NCBI GenBank assembly: GCA_965218095.1
Contig: OZ244587.1
Span: 5,568,001-5,632,000 of the forward strand
DNA: 64,000 bases
DNA from: Candidatus Poribacteria bacterium
GTDB lineage: Bacteria > Poribacteria > WGA-4E > PCPOR2b
Reading direction: 5' to 3'
Shown here piece by piece: positions 29,893-40,419 of this stretch. The first letter of the stretch is position 1. Every line of letters begins with the position of its first letter. Below the pieces are notes generated by a model that searched no databases, had not been told where the DNA came from, and saw only the letters and a program-made list of their open reading frames with translations. The translations under genes and the position numbers were made by a program.

Positions 29893-32800
29893 CTACTTCA
29901 GTATCAGCATCTTCCGCGTTGCCGTGAACTCGCCTGCTCTCAGCGTGTAAAAATAGATACCGCTCGCAACAGATTCTCCGACTGCATTTCTGCCATCCCA
30001 ATATGCCGCGCGACTCTGGCTCTGATACATGCCTACATCTTGATGTCCTAGGGCTAAGGTGCGTACCACTGTTCCATCCAACGCATAGAGCATCAGCGTA
30101 ACATCGGCAGGCTCTGCCAACCGATACGGTATCCACGTCTCCGGATTGAAGGGGTTCGGGTAATTTGGTAATAGCAACGTTTCGTTCGGAGTTAACGCTG
30201 CCAAGAGTTGTTCTAAGAAGCGAATGCCTCGTTGGAATGTTGCATCTGTAAGGTCCAATTGCTGCGCTTGTGTGAGCCACTGTCGTACTTCTGTTGCGGT
30301 GAGCGATTCAAGGACTTGTGGATGCGCTGAAGGTGCGGCTGCTGCATCCCCAAACATGCCTGCGACCAGGACCAAATCCAGAATATTCACAATCCCATCT
30401 CCACTAACATCTGCTGCCAAATTTTTTCCTTCATTTCCAAGCTCGGACGCGACCAGGACCAAATCCAAGATATTCACGGTTCCATCGCTGTTGACATCCG
30501 CCGTTCGCACTGCGCTGTCGTCAAACTGTATCTCCACCCCTCTGCTTTGAATGATGGGAATGTGGGCGTGGATGGATCCATAGCTAAGGGGGTTTTCACT
30601 TACATCCACCTGGTCCCCACGCCCCAGTCTAGTATTTGCGACTAAGGGTGAGAGGTCCGATATGTTATTATCTTCAAGCCGCAGTACTGTCAGGTTGGTT
30701 AATCCTGCTATCGCTGATATGTCCGTTATATTATTACCTCCAAGCCACAGTCTTGTCAGGTTGATTAATCCTGCTATCGCTGATATGTCCGTTATGTTAT
30801 TGCCTATAAGCCCCAAGAATGTCAAGTTAGTTAATCCCGCCACGGGCGATATGTCCGTTATGTTATTGTCTGTAAGCCCCAGTCCTGTCAGGTTAGTTAA
30901 TCCTGCTATCGCTGATATGTCCGTTATGGAGTTCTCCCAAAGCCCCAGTCCTGTCAGATTAGTTAATCCTGCTATCGCTGATATGTCCGTTATGTTATTG
31001 CCTTCAAGCCGCAGTACTGTCAGGTTAGTTAATCCTGCTAGGGCAGAGATATCCGATATAGAATTGTCCCTAAGATACAGGCTTGTCAGGTTGGTTAATC
31101 CTGCCAAAGGCGAGAGATCAGATACTGAGTTGCTGTTAATGGAACGTCCCTCCGTCTCCACATACTCAGTGCCAAGATGCAGTGTTGTCAGATTGGTTGC
31201 ACTTTCAAGCCCGGTCAAATCGCTAATGTTAGCGTTACGGGCGGAAAGTCGGGTCAAAGTCAGCATATCCGCTACAGTGATGGTGTCACCTGACGTTTTG
31301 CCGCGAGCGTTCTCAATGACAGCGCGGAGGTTGGGGTCGGGTATATCCACCGTTTGGGCAATGTCCTCCGATTGCACGACGATGCTGTCAAATTCTACCC
31401 TAACCCCTCTGCTTTGAAGAGCAGGAATGTGGGTGTCGATGGATAGGGAGTTCAGGAAATTGCCCCTCGCATTAACCCTGTCTCCTCTCCCCAGTCCTGT
31501 ATTTGCAACTAAGGGTGAGAGGTCCGATATAGAATTATTGTCAAGCCCCAGTCTAGTCAAGTTGGTTAATCCTGCCAGGGGTGAGATGTCTGTTATGTTA
31601 TTGCCTTCAAGCCACAGCACTGTCAGGTTGGTTAATCCTGCCAAAGGCGAGAGATCAGATATTGAGTTGCTGTTAATGTAAAGTTCCTCCGTCTCCACAT
31701 ACTCAGTGCCAAGATGCAGTGTTGTCAGGTTGATTGCACTTTCAAGCCCGGTCAAATCGCTAATGTTAGCGTTACGGGCGGAAAGTCGGGTCAAAGTCAG
31801 CATATCCGCCACAGTGATGGTGGCACCTGACGTTTTGCCGCGCAGGTTCTCAATTACGGCGCGTAGGTTGGGGTCAGGTATATCCACCGTCTGCGCTATG
31901 TCCTCTGGTCGCACGACGATGTCGTCAAACTGGATAGCAACTCCTCTGCTTTGGAGGGCGGGAATGTGGGTGTTGATGGATACGGCGTTGAGGAAGTTTC
32001 CGCTCACATCAACCGAAACCCAGTAGTCTCCACTCCCCAGTCCAGTATTTTCGACTAAGGGCGAGATATCCGTTATGTTATTGTCATCAAGGCTCAGTGT
32101 TGTCAGGTTGGTTAATCCTGCCAAGACTGAGATATCTGTTATGGAGTTTATCCAAAGGGTCAGGCTTGTCAGATTACTCGCACCTTCAAGTCCTGTCAAA
32201 TCGCTAATGTTAGCGTTAGGGGCGAAAAGTCGGGTCAAAGTCTCCATATCCGCTACGGTAATGGTGGCACCTGACGCTTTGTCGAGAGAGTTCTCAATGG
32301 CAGCACGTAGGTTGGGGTCGGGTATCTCCACCGTTTGTGCTATGTCCTCCGGTTGCACGACGACACCGTCAAACTGTACATCCACTTCTCTGTTTTGGAG
32401 GGCGGAAATGTGGGTGTTGATGGATGCGGCGTTGAGGGGATTTCCCTTTACATTGACCCTGTCTCCGTTCCCCAGTCCTGTATTTGCGACTAAGGGTGAG
32501 ATGTCCGATATGGAGTTTTCCCAAAGTCCCAGTTCTGTCAGTTGAGTTAATCCCGCTAAGGGTGAGATATCCGATATGGAGTTTTCCCAAAGCCCCAGTA
32601 CTGTCAGATTAGTTAATCCTGCCAGGGGGGAGATGTCCGTTATGTTATTGCCTTCAATCCACAGGAATGTCAGGTTGGTTAATCCTGCTACTGCTGAGAT
32701 GTCCGTTATGTTATTATTTCCAAGACTCAGGGTTGTCAGGTTGGTTGCAGCTTCAAGCCCTGTCAAATCGTTAATGTTAGCGTTACGGGCGAAAAGTCGG

Positions 32801-34185
32801 GTCAAAGTCTCCATATCCGCCACGGTGATGGTGTCCCCTGACGCTTTACCGAGAGTTTTCTCAATGGCAGCGCGTAGGTTGGGGGCGGGTATATCCACCA
32901 CCGTTTGGTCGATGTCTCCCGGTTGCACGACGATGTTATCAAACTGTATCACCACGCCTCTGTCCTGGAGGGTGGGAATGTGGATGTGGACGGCTGCGGC
33001 GTTGAGTGGGTTTTCACTTACATTCACCCAGTCTCCACTTCCCAGTCCTGTATTTGCGACTAAGGGTGAGATGTCGGATATGCTATTGTCTTCAAGCCTC
33101 AGTTCTGTCAAGTTAGTTAATCCCGCCACGGCGGAGATGTCCGATATGGAATTGTCGTAAAGCCACAGTGCTGTCAGGTTGGTTAATCCCGCCACAGCAG
33201 AGATGTCTGTTATGGAGTTGTTGTAAAGCCCTACTTCTGTCAGGTTGGTTAATCCTGCTATCGCTGAGATGTCCGTTATGTTATTGTCTTCAAGCCGCAG
33301 TTCTATCAGGTTAGTTAATCCCGCCAAGGCAGAGATGTCCGATATGGAGTTTTCCCAAAACCATAGTCTTGTCAGGTTAGTTAATCCCGCCAAGGCAGAG
33401 ATGTCCGATATGGAATTATTGGCAAGCCATAGTCTTGTCAGGTTAGTTAATCCTGCTATTGCTGAGATGTCTGTTATGTTATTGTCTCCAAGCCCCAGTT
33501 GCGTCAGGTTGGTTGCAGCTTCAAGCCCGGTCAAATCGCTAATGTTAGCATTAAAGGCGAAAAGTTCGGTCAAAGTCAGCATATCTGCCACGGTGATTGT
33601 GTCACCTGACGCTTTGCCACGAGTATTCTCAATCACAGCGCGGAGATTGGGGTCGGGTATCTCTACCGTTTGGGCGATGTCCTCCGGTTGCACGACGATG
33701 TCGTCAAACTGTACCTCTACCGCTCTGCTTTGGAGGTCAGGAATGTGGGTGTTGATGGATGCAGCGTTCAGGAAGTTTCTCTTCACATTAACTCTGTCCC
33801 CACTTCCCAGTCCTGTATTTGCGACTAGGGGCGAGAGGTCCGATATGGAGTTTGTCCGGATCCCCAGCCATGTCAGATTAGTTAATCCTGCCAGAGGTGA
33901 GATGTCTGTTATGTTATTGTTTCCAAGATCCAGTTCTGTCAGGTTGATTGCACCTTCAAGCCCGGTCAAATTGCTAATGTTAGCACTACGAGCGGAAAGT
34001 TGGGTCAAAGTCGCCATCTCATCGGCGGTGATTGGGTCACCTGACGCTTTGCCGAGGGTTCTTTCAATCGCATCACGGAGGTTGGGATCGGGGAAGTCCA
34101 CCGTTTGTGCTTGCACGGTTGCCGTCATCAGAATCGAAAGGCAAATCGACAGGAATAAAGTGAAACGAAAAGGTTGTTTTGTCAT
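29893..34185 (-). CDS. Internalin-like LRR protein, six capped modules, with dockerin-like and FlgD/T9SS-like C-terminus
   Basis: Six PDPNLR/PAPNLR caps; 22-aa (66-bp) LRRs NxISDISxLAGLTNLTxLxL; ADVNSDGTVNILDLVLVA twice; LLPNYPNPFNPETWIPY...ASGIYFY. Confidence 0.95.
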   Translation of the reverse strand: MTKQPFRFTLFLSICLSILMTATVQAQTVDFPDPNLRDAIERTLGKASGDPITADEMATLTQLSARSANISNLTGLEGAINLTELDLGNNNITDISPLAGLTNLTWLGIRTNSISDLSPLVANTGLGSGDRVNVKRNFLNAASINTHIPDLQSRAVEVQFDDIVVQPEDIAQTVEIPDPNLRAVIENTRGKASGDTITVADMLTLTELFAFNANISDLTGLEAATNLTQLGLGDNNITDISAIAGLTNLTRLWLANNSISDISALAGLTNLTRLWFWENSISDISALAGLTNLIELRLEDNNITDISAIAGLTNLTEVGLYNNSITDISAVAGLTNLTALWLYDNSISDISAVAGLTNLTELRLEDNSISDISPLVANTGLGSGDWVNVSENPLNAAAVHIHIPTLQDRGVVIQFDNIVVQPGDIDQTVVDIPAPNLRAAIEKTLGKASGDTITVADMETLTRLFARNANINDLTGLEAATNLTTLSLGNNNITDISAVAGLTNLTFLWIEGNNITDISPLAGLTNLTVLGLWENSISDISPLAGLTQLTELGLWENSISDISPLVANTGLGNGDRVNVKGNPLNAASINTHISALQNREVDVQFDGVVVQPEDIAQTVEIPDPNLRAAIENSLDKASGATITVADMETLTRLFAPNANISDLTGLEGASNLTSLTLWINSITDISVLAGLTNLTTLSLDDNNITDISPLVENTGLGSGDYWVSVDVSGNFLNAVSINTHIPALQSRGVAIQFDDIVVRPEDIAQTVDIPDPNLRAVIENLRGKTSGATITVADMLTLTRLSARNANISDLTGLESAINLTTLHLGTEYVETEELYINSNSISDLSPLAGLTNLTVLWLEGNNITDISPLAGLTNLTRLGLDNNSISDLSPLVANTGLGRGDRVNARGNFLNSLSIDTHIPALQSRGVRVEFDSIVVQSEDIAQTVDIPDPNLRAVIENARGKTSGDTITVADMLTLTRLSARNANISDLTGLESATNLTTLHLGTEYVETEGRSINSNSVSDLSPLAGLTNLTSLYLRDNSISDISALAGLTNLTVLRLEGNNITDISAIAGLTNLTGLGLWENSITDISAIAGLTNLTGLGLTDNNITDISPVAGLTNLTFLGLIGNNITDISAIAGLINLTRLWLGGNNITDISAIAGLTNLTVLRLEDNNISDLSPLVANTRLGRGDQVDVSENPLSYGSIHAHIPIIQSRGVEIQFDDSAVRTADVNSDGTVNILDLVLVASELGNEGKNLAADVSGDGIVNILDLVLVAGMFGDAAAAPSAHPQVLESLTATEVRQWLTQAQQLDLTDATFQRGIRFLEQLLAALTPNETLLLPNYPNPFNPETWIPYRLAEPADVTLMLYALDGTVVRTLALGHQDVGMYQSQSRAAYWDGRNAVGESVASGIYFYTLRAGEFTATRKMLILK

Positions 34186-34304
34186 GGATTTATCTCTTTT
34201 GTAGTTGGAAATGTGTGAGAGGCATTTGTCAGGGCACGCTCTCTTATCCGGGAGTGACTTACTGTTTCGCTACGAATCCCGATTGCTATCAAAATACTAA
34301 CTAA

Positions 34305-35354
34305 ACGACTTGTGCTAGTTGATATAGGCTATGCGAAAACTAAGTCTTTGATTTCCATAAGCGGTCGTCCTAGACTGCGGTTGAGCAAAACTGCTAAGCT
34401 GAACCCTGCTAGCTTATCAATAATTCGGGTCAACATGCCCCAATGATAACGCGCTCTGATTCGACAGAGATGAAACTGGTCATTGAGTTGATTGATGGTA
34501 GTTTCAATTCGTCTCCGAATCCAATTGAGATTCCGCCGGAGTTGTGGCGTATGTTGTGACTTCTGATTCTCACGCTTGATAGCGAATAAGCGAATCCCAT
34601 CCAACTCAAGGAGCATCTCACTCAATGGGTCTGAAATGTAACCTTTGTCTCCAATTATCAGGGGATAATCGCCTGTTTCACACATCGTCGAAAGCACCTC
34701 CCGCTCATCAACATTGGCATTGGGTACGGAAAAAGCGAGGGGTACGCCTTGATGATTAGATGAACGCGAAATCCTAAGAATGTACCCAATCCTTTGGTTT
34801 CACAATACCCGTAGGTCCTGACACTTGAGAGGCGATGTGGAAGAATGCGCACGCTTAAAGTCACAGAGGGGGACAGCCAAGCTATCGACAATGAAGATGT
34901 CATTTAACGGAAGTTCATCGTTGAGTGCTTGTTTAAGTTTTCCACTTACTCCCGACAGATTACGACGCCGACGATTAAATCGAGTTCACTCAGGTAAATG
35001 CGGAAATAGATGGCAGAACTCCTTTTTGACAAGGTTATACTAACCCGTTGACTATCAATGCCAACCATCTCACCGCCCCAAGCGATGGTTATTACTTCAC
35101 TGTCGGCTAGGTTGCTATTGGGGACACCCCGATGGGGCATTCCATCGGGGAAATGGTGTTCATACAAATCATCAATAACAATGAAACTCACACTCAGCAA
35201 GTCTTCGAGATTCAGCGACGTGATTCCTTCTTGTGCGAAAGCGGCACTCCGCTTTTGACATAACTCCATTGAAATGCTTCCTCTCTTTCATTCGAGATAA
35301 GTAACTTCTCTCAAAGGATAGCACTTCCTTTGCCTTTTAACTAGCAAAAGTCGT
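34305..35354 (-). mobile_element. IS982-family element with frameshifted transposase
   Basis: IRs ACGACTTGTGCTAGTTGA / TTAACTAGCAAAAGTCGT; 7-bp TSD TAACTAA. Motifs DSEVITI, IGDKGY and RRRIET are spread over three ORFs. Confidence 0.92.
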
Positions 35355-35482
35355 TAACTAATGGTGCTAGTTGAATATCATGGAATTTCTGTTAGAGTAT
35401 TTGTGCCCCAAACAAACCTCTTAAACAAGAGAATCGCATGGACTTAATCATCGTAGCATTTTATACTCTTTGTGACAGTCTT

Positions 35483-35575
35483 TTAATTCAAATCGGACAT
35501 CAAGACAACAGGCATGCTGAAAATCAGCTCTGCCATCAAAAAGGCTAGTGTATGAAACATAGAACTGATTTTCAT
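35483..35575 (-). pseudogene. Signal-peptide-only stub MKISSMFHTLAFLMAELIFSMPVVLMSDLN
   Basis: GAGGAG RBS directly after the TonB receptor stop; paralog of the stub at 29626-29732. Confidence 0.5.
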
Positions 35576-35599
35576 TTTTTCTCCTCGCTAGAAAACGGA

Positions 35600-38500
35600 T
35601 TAAAAATCCAGACTCACACCTAACATAATATTGCGTGGCGCACTCCACGAAAGCGGATCCGAATGCTTCTTATCGTTGAGCGGCAGACCGTACCGGTCGT
35701 ATGTCACCGGATCTATCAGATCGTCCAGATTTTTCGTGTTGAAGATATTCCGAATATCCGCAAAGAAAGTATACGTCAACCCACCTATCCGGCTTCGCTT
35801 GCTAAGAAGCGCGTCAACATTGTAAGTTGCCGGATACCGCTTCGAGTTCACGTCAGGTTTGACCGGCGCGTTCGGATTTGGCGTGTAGGGCAAGCCACTG
35901 CCGTACCGGCCAATCAGGTTGATGGCAGCATCGAACGGCAATTGAACGTCCAACGTTCCGGAAACAATGTGCCGCTGATCCCAGGCTAAGGGATGACTTT
36001 CAGTCACTTCAGGTTGTGCCCGATAATAGGTCAGGTAGCCCAGATTTCGACTGGAGCCTTTCCCCTTTGCGACGGAATAGGTATAACTGAGCATCCCGGA
36101 AACTGGACTCCGCCCCGTGCGCCACTTGCGAACCGTCAACTCAAATCCTTGAACCCGCCCGTAGATGTCATTAATGAAATAACTGTAATCGTTGGTAATA
36201 TCGACATGCACGCTACTCACAAGTTTGTCGATATCCTTCGTAAACCCAGTCAGGTCAACCGTTAAGTCGTCGGTAAATTGCTGTGCCACCCCGACTTCGT
36301 AGGCGATAGTTTTCTCCGGTTCCAAGTCAGGATTCCCCCTTCTGCGGATTGCGCCTCGCATATCAAAGTTGAGATTTTCGTAGAGATCATCGCCCCGCGG
36401 AATCTGGTAGTAATGCCCATATGTAAAGTGCAACTTCGCCCGATCCGTAATCGGAAACGAGGTGCCGAGGCGTGGGGCAAACATGTGTTTGACGGAAGCC
36501 TCAACCGGATCTTTGATGATGGGTAGCCCAACTTTGTAGATGCTTTTATCGAGTTTGATTGTTCCATCTGAGTTCAGTTCAAGCGGATCCAACGGATCCG
36601 CGGGAGAGATACCATCTGGATTATACAGTTCATACCGCAATCCCGCATTGACAATCATTCCCGCATACTCCATCTTGTCTTGTGCATACACACTCATGGA
36701 GCTAGGTGTTACATCATAAAACTCCATGTAGAGGTTTGAACTTCCCCAATTTGTCGTACCGAGATTATAGAGATTGTGTGTCGTAAATCCAACGCCCGTC
36801 TGGATTTGGTGATTTTCCGTAACTTGGCTGGCAAAATCCGCTTTCAGTATTGATGTCGTCGAATTGCGAGTCGTCCAAGCATTTTCATCACCTGCAATGA
36901 AGTAGTTAGTATCGTTGTACGCTTGCTGAGTCGGGTTCCTAATTCTTCCTTCTGCTTGATTTTCCTCAAAGGATTTTTCGGGATCCCAAGCGTTTTCATC
37001 AAACGTTTTATTCAACGGATCCCACAATTTCTCCGGTTGATGGCTCTCAAAAGAGCGATGGAATTGCCCAAGCGTCAACGTGTAGAAGGTGCCCGAGTTG
37101 AGATTATGTGAGAGTTGCAGGGACATGCTCCGTCCATCCCTGTTTCCCACCGGAATCGCGCTGGGTAAAAAGCGCAGGCTACCGCCATAGGAGGTGCTTT
37201 CCCGCTGATCGAAAAGCCCACCTGCCGTGAGTTTGAGCTCGGGTGTCACTTCAAACTTGACCTTGCCCTGAAAGGTGTATCCCATTGCGTCATCATTGGG
37301 CAGGTAACTTTCATCTTGCCGCAACTGGCTGGCGACCGAGAACGTCAACCGATTGCCCCATATCGGCCCGCTGAGTGCAAACTCCCCAATATGGCTTGGA
37401 CGCAAATCATAGTTTTTTGTATCGTTGAACAACCCGCTATACTGGTTCAAATCCACGATGTAGCCATCTAACAGCGTAACCTGTTTCTTCTCATAGTCAA
37501 TAATGGTGCCATCGGTGTCCCTATAAGGTTGGCGTGCCATAATGGTTTCACCCGTCTCGGCATCCACCTTGGGTTCGCCTGTTTCCGAATCGATAACGGG
37601 AAGAAGCGGGTTTTCCGTCCTGTCGGCATACACACCTGGGACAATCTCCGTGAAAACTACCTGTGCATTGCCCTCCCGATCTGCCAACTCCGCAACCGTA
37701 ACAGCCTCCCCACGATAGGGCGTTTGATAATCGTAAGGTTTACCGAGGAAGATTCCCCTGAAAGGTTCAAGTGCCTCCAATCGGAAGCCGTTGTCTGGAT
37801 CCCGCCAAGGACCGTATAACGGATCGCCGTGGTGCGTCCTCCACTGCCCAATTCGGTACCTGATTCTGCCAGAAAAGTTTTGTGTGCCAGCCTTTGTTAT
37901 GAGATTAATCACACCGGATTGCGCATCACCGTATTCGGCATTGAATCCCCCCGTGATGACTTCCATCTGCTCAAGCGCATTCGTGCTGATATGCACGCCC
38001 AAGCTCCTGCCAATCGGATCATTAATCGGGATGCCGTCAATCAGATATTTAACCTCCATCGAACGGCCCCCTCGAATATGGAGCGTGCCGGCGGAGTTGA
38101 GCACCGAAACACCTGCCTGTGTTGCGACAATCCCATTCACAGTATCGCGGGGCATAGCGGCGATATCCTCCGCTTCAATAATCCTTGTTGTTTGCGTAAC
38201 ATCCCGCTGAATCAGCGGTTTGATCGCCCTCACCGTTATCTCTTCGAGCGTGACAACCTCAGCGGACTCCAGCGCGAAGTTTAACGTTGTGGTAAGCCCG
38301 GCGAACACCTTCGCACCCACCACAGTCTCCGAACCGTAGCCAGTGAGTTCGACTTTCACATCATAACCTCCCGGTGGGATATTGGCCATGACATAATAGC
38401 CGGCATCGTTTGTCGTCGTGGTACTGCTTGTCCCGACAATTGTAACCTTGACATTCGCCAGTGGTGCCTTAGTCGCTTCAGACCTGACGATGCCTGAAAT

Positions 38501-38608
38501 CTTCCCAGTGATGGCGGCAGAGGCACTACGAAAGCCTGTCTGTTCTACAAACATAAGCGCCGCTACGCAAGCCATAAGTATCCAGAAGAAAGGTGTTGTT
38601 TTTTTCAT
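35600..38608 (-). CDS. TonB-dependent receptor with N-terminal carboxypeptidase-regulatory-like domain
   Basis: TGKISG; plug motifs LHIRGGR..EVKYLIDG and ITGGFNAEYGDAQSGVINLITK; GNPDLEPEKT; WDQRH; C-terminal F. Confidence 0.93.
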   Translation of the reverse strand: MKKTTPFFWILMACVAALMFVEQTGFRSASAAITGKISGIVRSEATKAPLANVKVTIVGTSSTTTTNDAGYYVMANIPPGGYDVKVELTGYGSETVVGAKVFAGLTTTLNFALESAEVVTLEEITVRAIKPLIQRDVTQTTRIIEAEDIAAMPRDTVNGIVATQAGVSVLNSAGTLHIRGGRSMEVKYLIDGIPINDPIGRSLGVHISTNALEQMEVITGGFNAEYGDAQSGVINLITKAGTQNFSGRIRYRIGQWRTHHGDPLYGPWRDPDNGFRLEALEPFRGIFLGKPYDYQTPYRGEAVTVAELADREGNAQVVFTEIVPGVYADRTENPLLPVIDSETGEPKVDAETGETIMARQPYRDTDGTIIDYEKKQVTLLDGYIVDLNQYSGLFNDTKNYDLRPSHIGEFALSGPIWGNRLTFSVASQLRQDESYLPNDDAMGYTFQGKVKFEVTPELKLTAGGLFDQRESTSYGGSLRFLPSAIPVGNRDGRSMSLQLSHNLNSGTFYTLTLGQFHRSFESHQPEKLWDPLNKTFDENAWDPEKSFEENQAEGRIRNPTQQAYNDTNYFIAGDENAWTTRNSTTSILKADFASQVTENHQIQTGVGFTTHNLYNLGTTNWGSSNLYMEFYDVTPSSMSVYAQDKMEYAGMIVNAGLRYELYNPDGISPADPLDPLELNSDGTIKLDKSIYKVGLPIIKDPVEASVKHMFAPRLGTSFPITDRAKLHFTYGHYYQIPRGDDLYENLNFDMRGAIRRRGNPDLEPEKTIAYEVGVAQQFTDDLTVDLTGFTKDIDKLVSSVHVDITNDYSYFINDIYGRVQGFELTVRKWRTGRSPVSGMLSYTYSVAKGKGSSRNLGYLTYYRAQPEVTESHPLAWDQRHIVSGTLDVQLPFDAAINLIGRYGSGLPYTPNPNAPVKPDVNSKRYPATYNVDALLSKRSRIGGLTYTFFADIRNIFNTKNLDDLIDPVTYDRYGLPLNDKKHSDPLSWSAPRNIMLGVSLDF

Positions 38609-38691
38609 TGGTTTCTCTCCTGAAAATCAAGCATTGTGGATTTTAAACGCAGTAAGTCGTGCTTAACTCGAATTTTCAACTCTTGATTCAA

Positions 38692-39246
38692 CTACTCAGC
38701 ACGTCTCATAAGAACTATAGTTCCGGTTACTCCAGTTGATGTTAGGGTGAGCGTATCTCCTGATAAATTCCAAGTGGCTTCCTCAATGGAAATTACGCTT
38801 TGTTCTTCTGTGTAATTTAGTGAATCCCAGACATCTTTAGGTTCAAGTATTACCTTTTCTTCTTCTGCAACGAATGACAACTTTGAACCCGATAGAGTAT
38901 ATTTCCCGTTAGCGGTAAAAGTCTGCCTGAGCGTGACAAAAACGCCATCACCTTTATTGACTACCGACTCAAATCCAAGATTAAGAGAATATGAACCATC
39001 GGTAGCAAAAACAACGTCATTCTTGGCAATCTTGGTTTCTATTCCTTGTATTTGCCCCTCTTCTTCAAAACCAAAGGCAAACGACAAAGCAAAGGTAAGC
39101 AAGCTGGCAACTGTGCTAAGGGGTTGTTCATCGATCGATACTATCTCCCAAGAACCAACCAATGTTGACTCGTCTTCGTCACTGCTACCGCAACCCATCA
39201 CAACTAGTAGAATTACTACAAACACAACCAACGTTTTCCTCAGCAT
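38692..39246 (-). CDS. Lipocalin-like lipoprotein
   Basis: Lipobox VMGC; LVGSWEIVS; GKYTLSG; WNLSGDTLTLT; lower GC than its neighbours. Confidence 0.7.
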   Translation of the reverse strand: MLRKTLVVFVVILLVVMGCGSSDEDESTLVGSWEIVSIDEQPLSTVASLLTFALSFAFGFEEEGQIQGIETKIAKNDVVFATDGSYSLNLGFESVVNKGDGVFVTLRQTFTANGKYTLSGSKLSFVAEEEKVILEPKDVWDSLNYTEEQSVISIEEATWNLSGDTLTLTSTGVTGTIVLMRRAE

Positions 39247-39380
39247 ATCCCTTTCCCTCCACACTTGTAATTAGACAAGGTGGTTGAACCCCGGCATTTT
39301 TTTCATTTGACAGCAGAAGGCATTTACCCCTAAACGCCCCTCCCAAAGATTCATTTGGATGATTCAAACAGGCTCTAAAA

Positions 39381-40318
39381 TCAGAATAGGCAAAAACTGC
39401 CGGGAATATAATTCCTAGAAAAGGAGAGGCCAAATGTTATCGGCATCATGTCTTGGCTTGGTAACTTAAAGAACGGTCTATCCACTCGCAATTCGAACTT
39501 CAAGCGACTCTGAGAGAGACGCAGGATCTCTATTCCGCCGGCGGCATAGGCACCCAAGCCATCATCTTCTTCATCGTTATAGCTAGCACCGACTATGGCG
39601 AGCCCGCCGCCCACATAGGGCGAAATATTCTGTTTGTTGAAGAAGTAACGTCCGCCAATCGACCAGGAGAAGAAGGAAAAACTGTCGGTCTCATACTCGT
39701 CGCGTCGCTGCCCCTGAACTCCGTCCCCACAGCATAGGAGGGCGTCTCATAAGACCAACCAAACTCATAACCGGGTTCGGCTACGATGTCTGTGCCGGGG
39801 ACGAAGGTTCCGAGGATTCCTACATTCCAAAGGGACTCGCCGGTTATCTTCCGGCGTACAGCCGCCTCCTGTTCGGTAACATTCTCCATGTCAACTGTAG
39901 AAGCAATTGGCTTTCGGTGGACAAGCGCATCGACCAGCCTCGGTGCGGCTGAGACCATCTCTTCGATACCTGCCAACATCATCTGTCGCTCAATAATGAT
40001 TGTTCCGACGGGGTTTTCCTGACTCAAGCGCACGAAAATCTTCTCACCCAGACGGCGTAAAACAACGCGATAGGCACTCGCTGAGGCCGGTGCCTCGTAA
40101 ACGGGATCGCCGACCGATATACCCTGCTTGCGCAGCTCATCACGCACCAACATGGCGGCGGTCTGCGCGTCGGCTTCGGGGATGCCTAGATGGTCACCGA
40201 TTAAGCAGACAGCAGTGGCAGGTGCCGGGGCATCAACCTGTGCAACAACGGGGACAACAGGGAAGGCTAGAAATACAAAACCAAACAAGAAACTCCAGAT
40301 CCTTTTCAGATTAAACAT
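39381..40318 (-). pseudogene. Secreted/outer-membrane hypothetical protein with a frameshift near 39700
   Basis: Signal peptide. The alternative frame gives WSIGGRYFFNKQNISPYVGGGLAIV..., a beta-barrel-like sequence continuous with the 39381-39614 ORF. Confidence 0.6.
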
Positions 40319-40419
40319 CTTAAAATCTCCTTCTGACACCAAAAATAAAGCCCATGTATGAAACTAAAATATACATGGGCTGTGACTAAGGACTTCTTGA
40401 AACGGGTTTTCCCCGCACA

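Noticed and set aside
29893-34185. 66-bp periodic repeats as a CRISPR array
   Set aside because: They are in-frame LRR coding repeats with no unique spacers, and there are no cas genes.
30224-34204. Long plus-strand ORFs antisense to the LRR gene
   Set aside because: Shadow ORFs produced by the repeat codon pattern; no independent coding signal.
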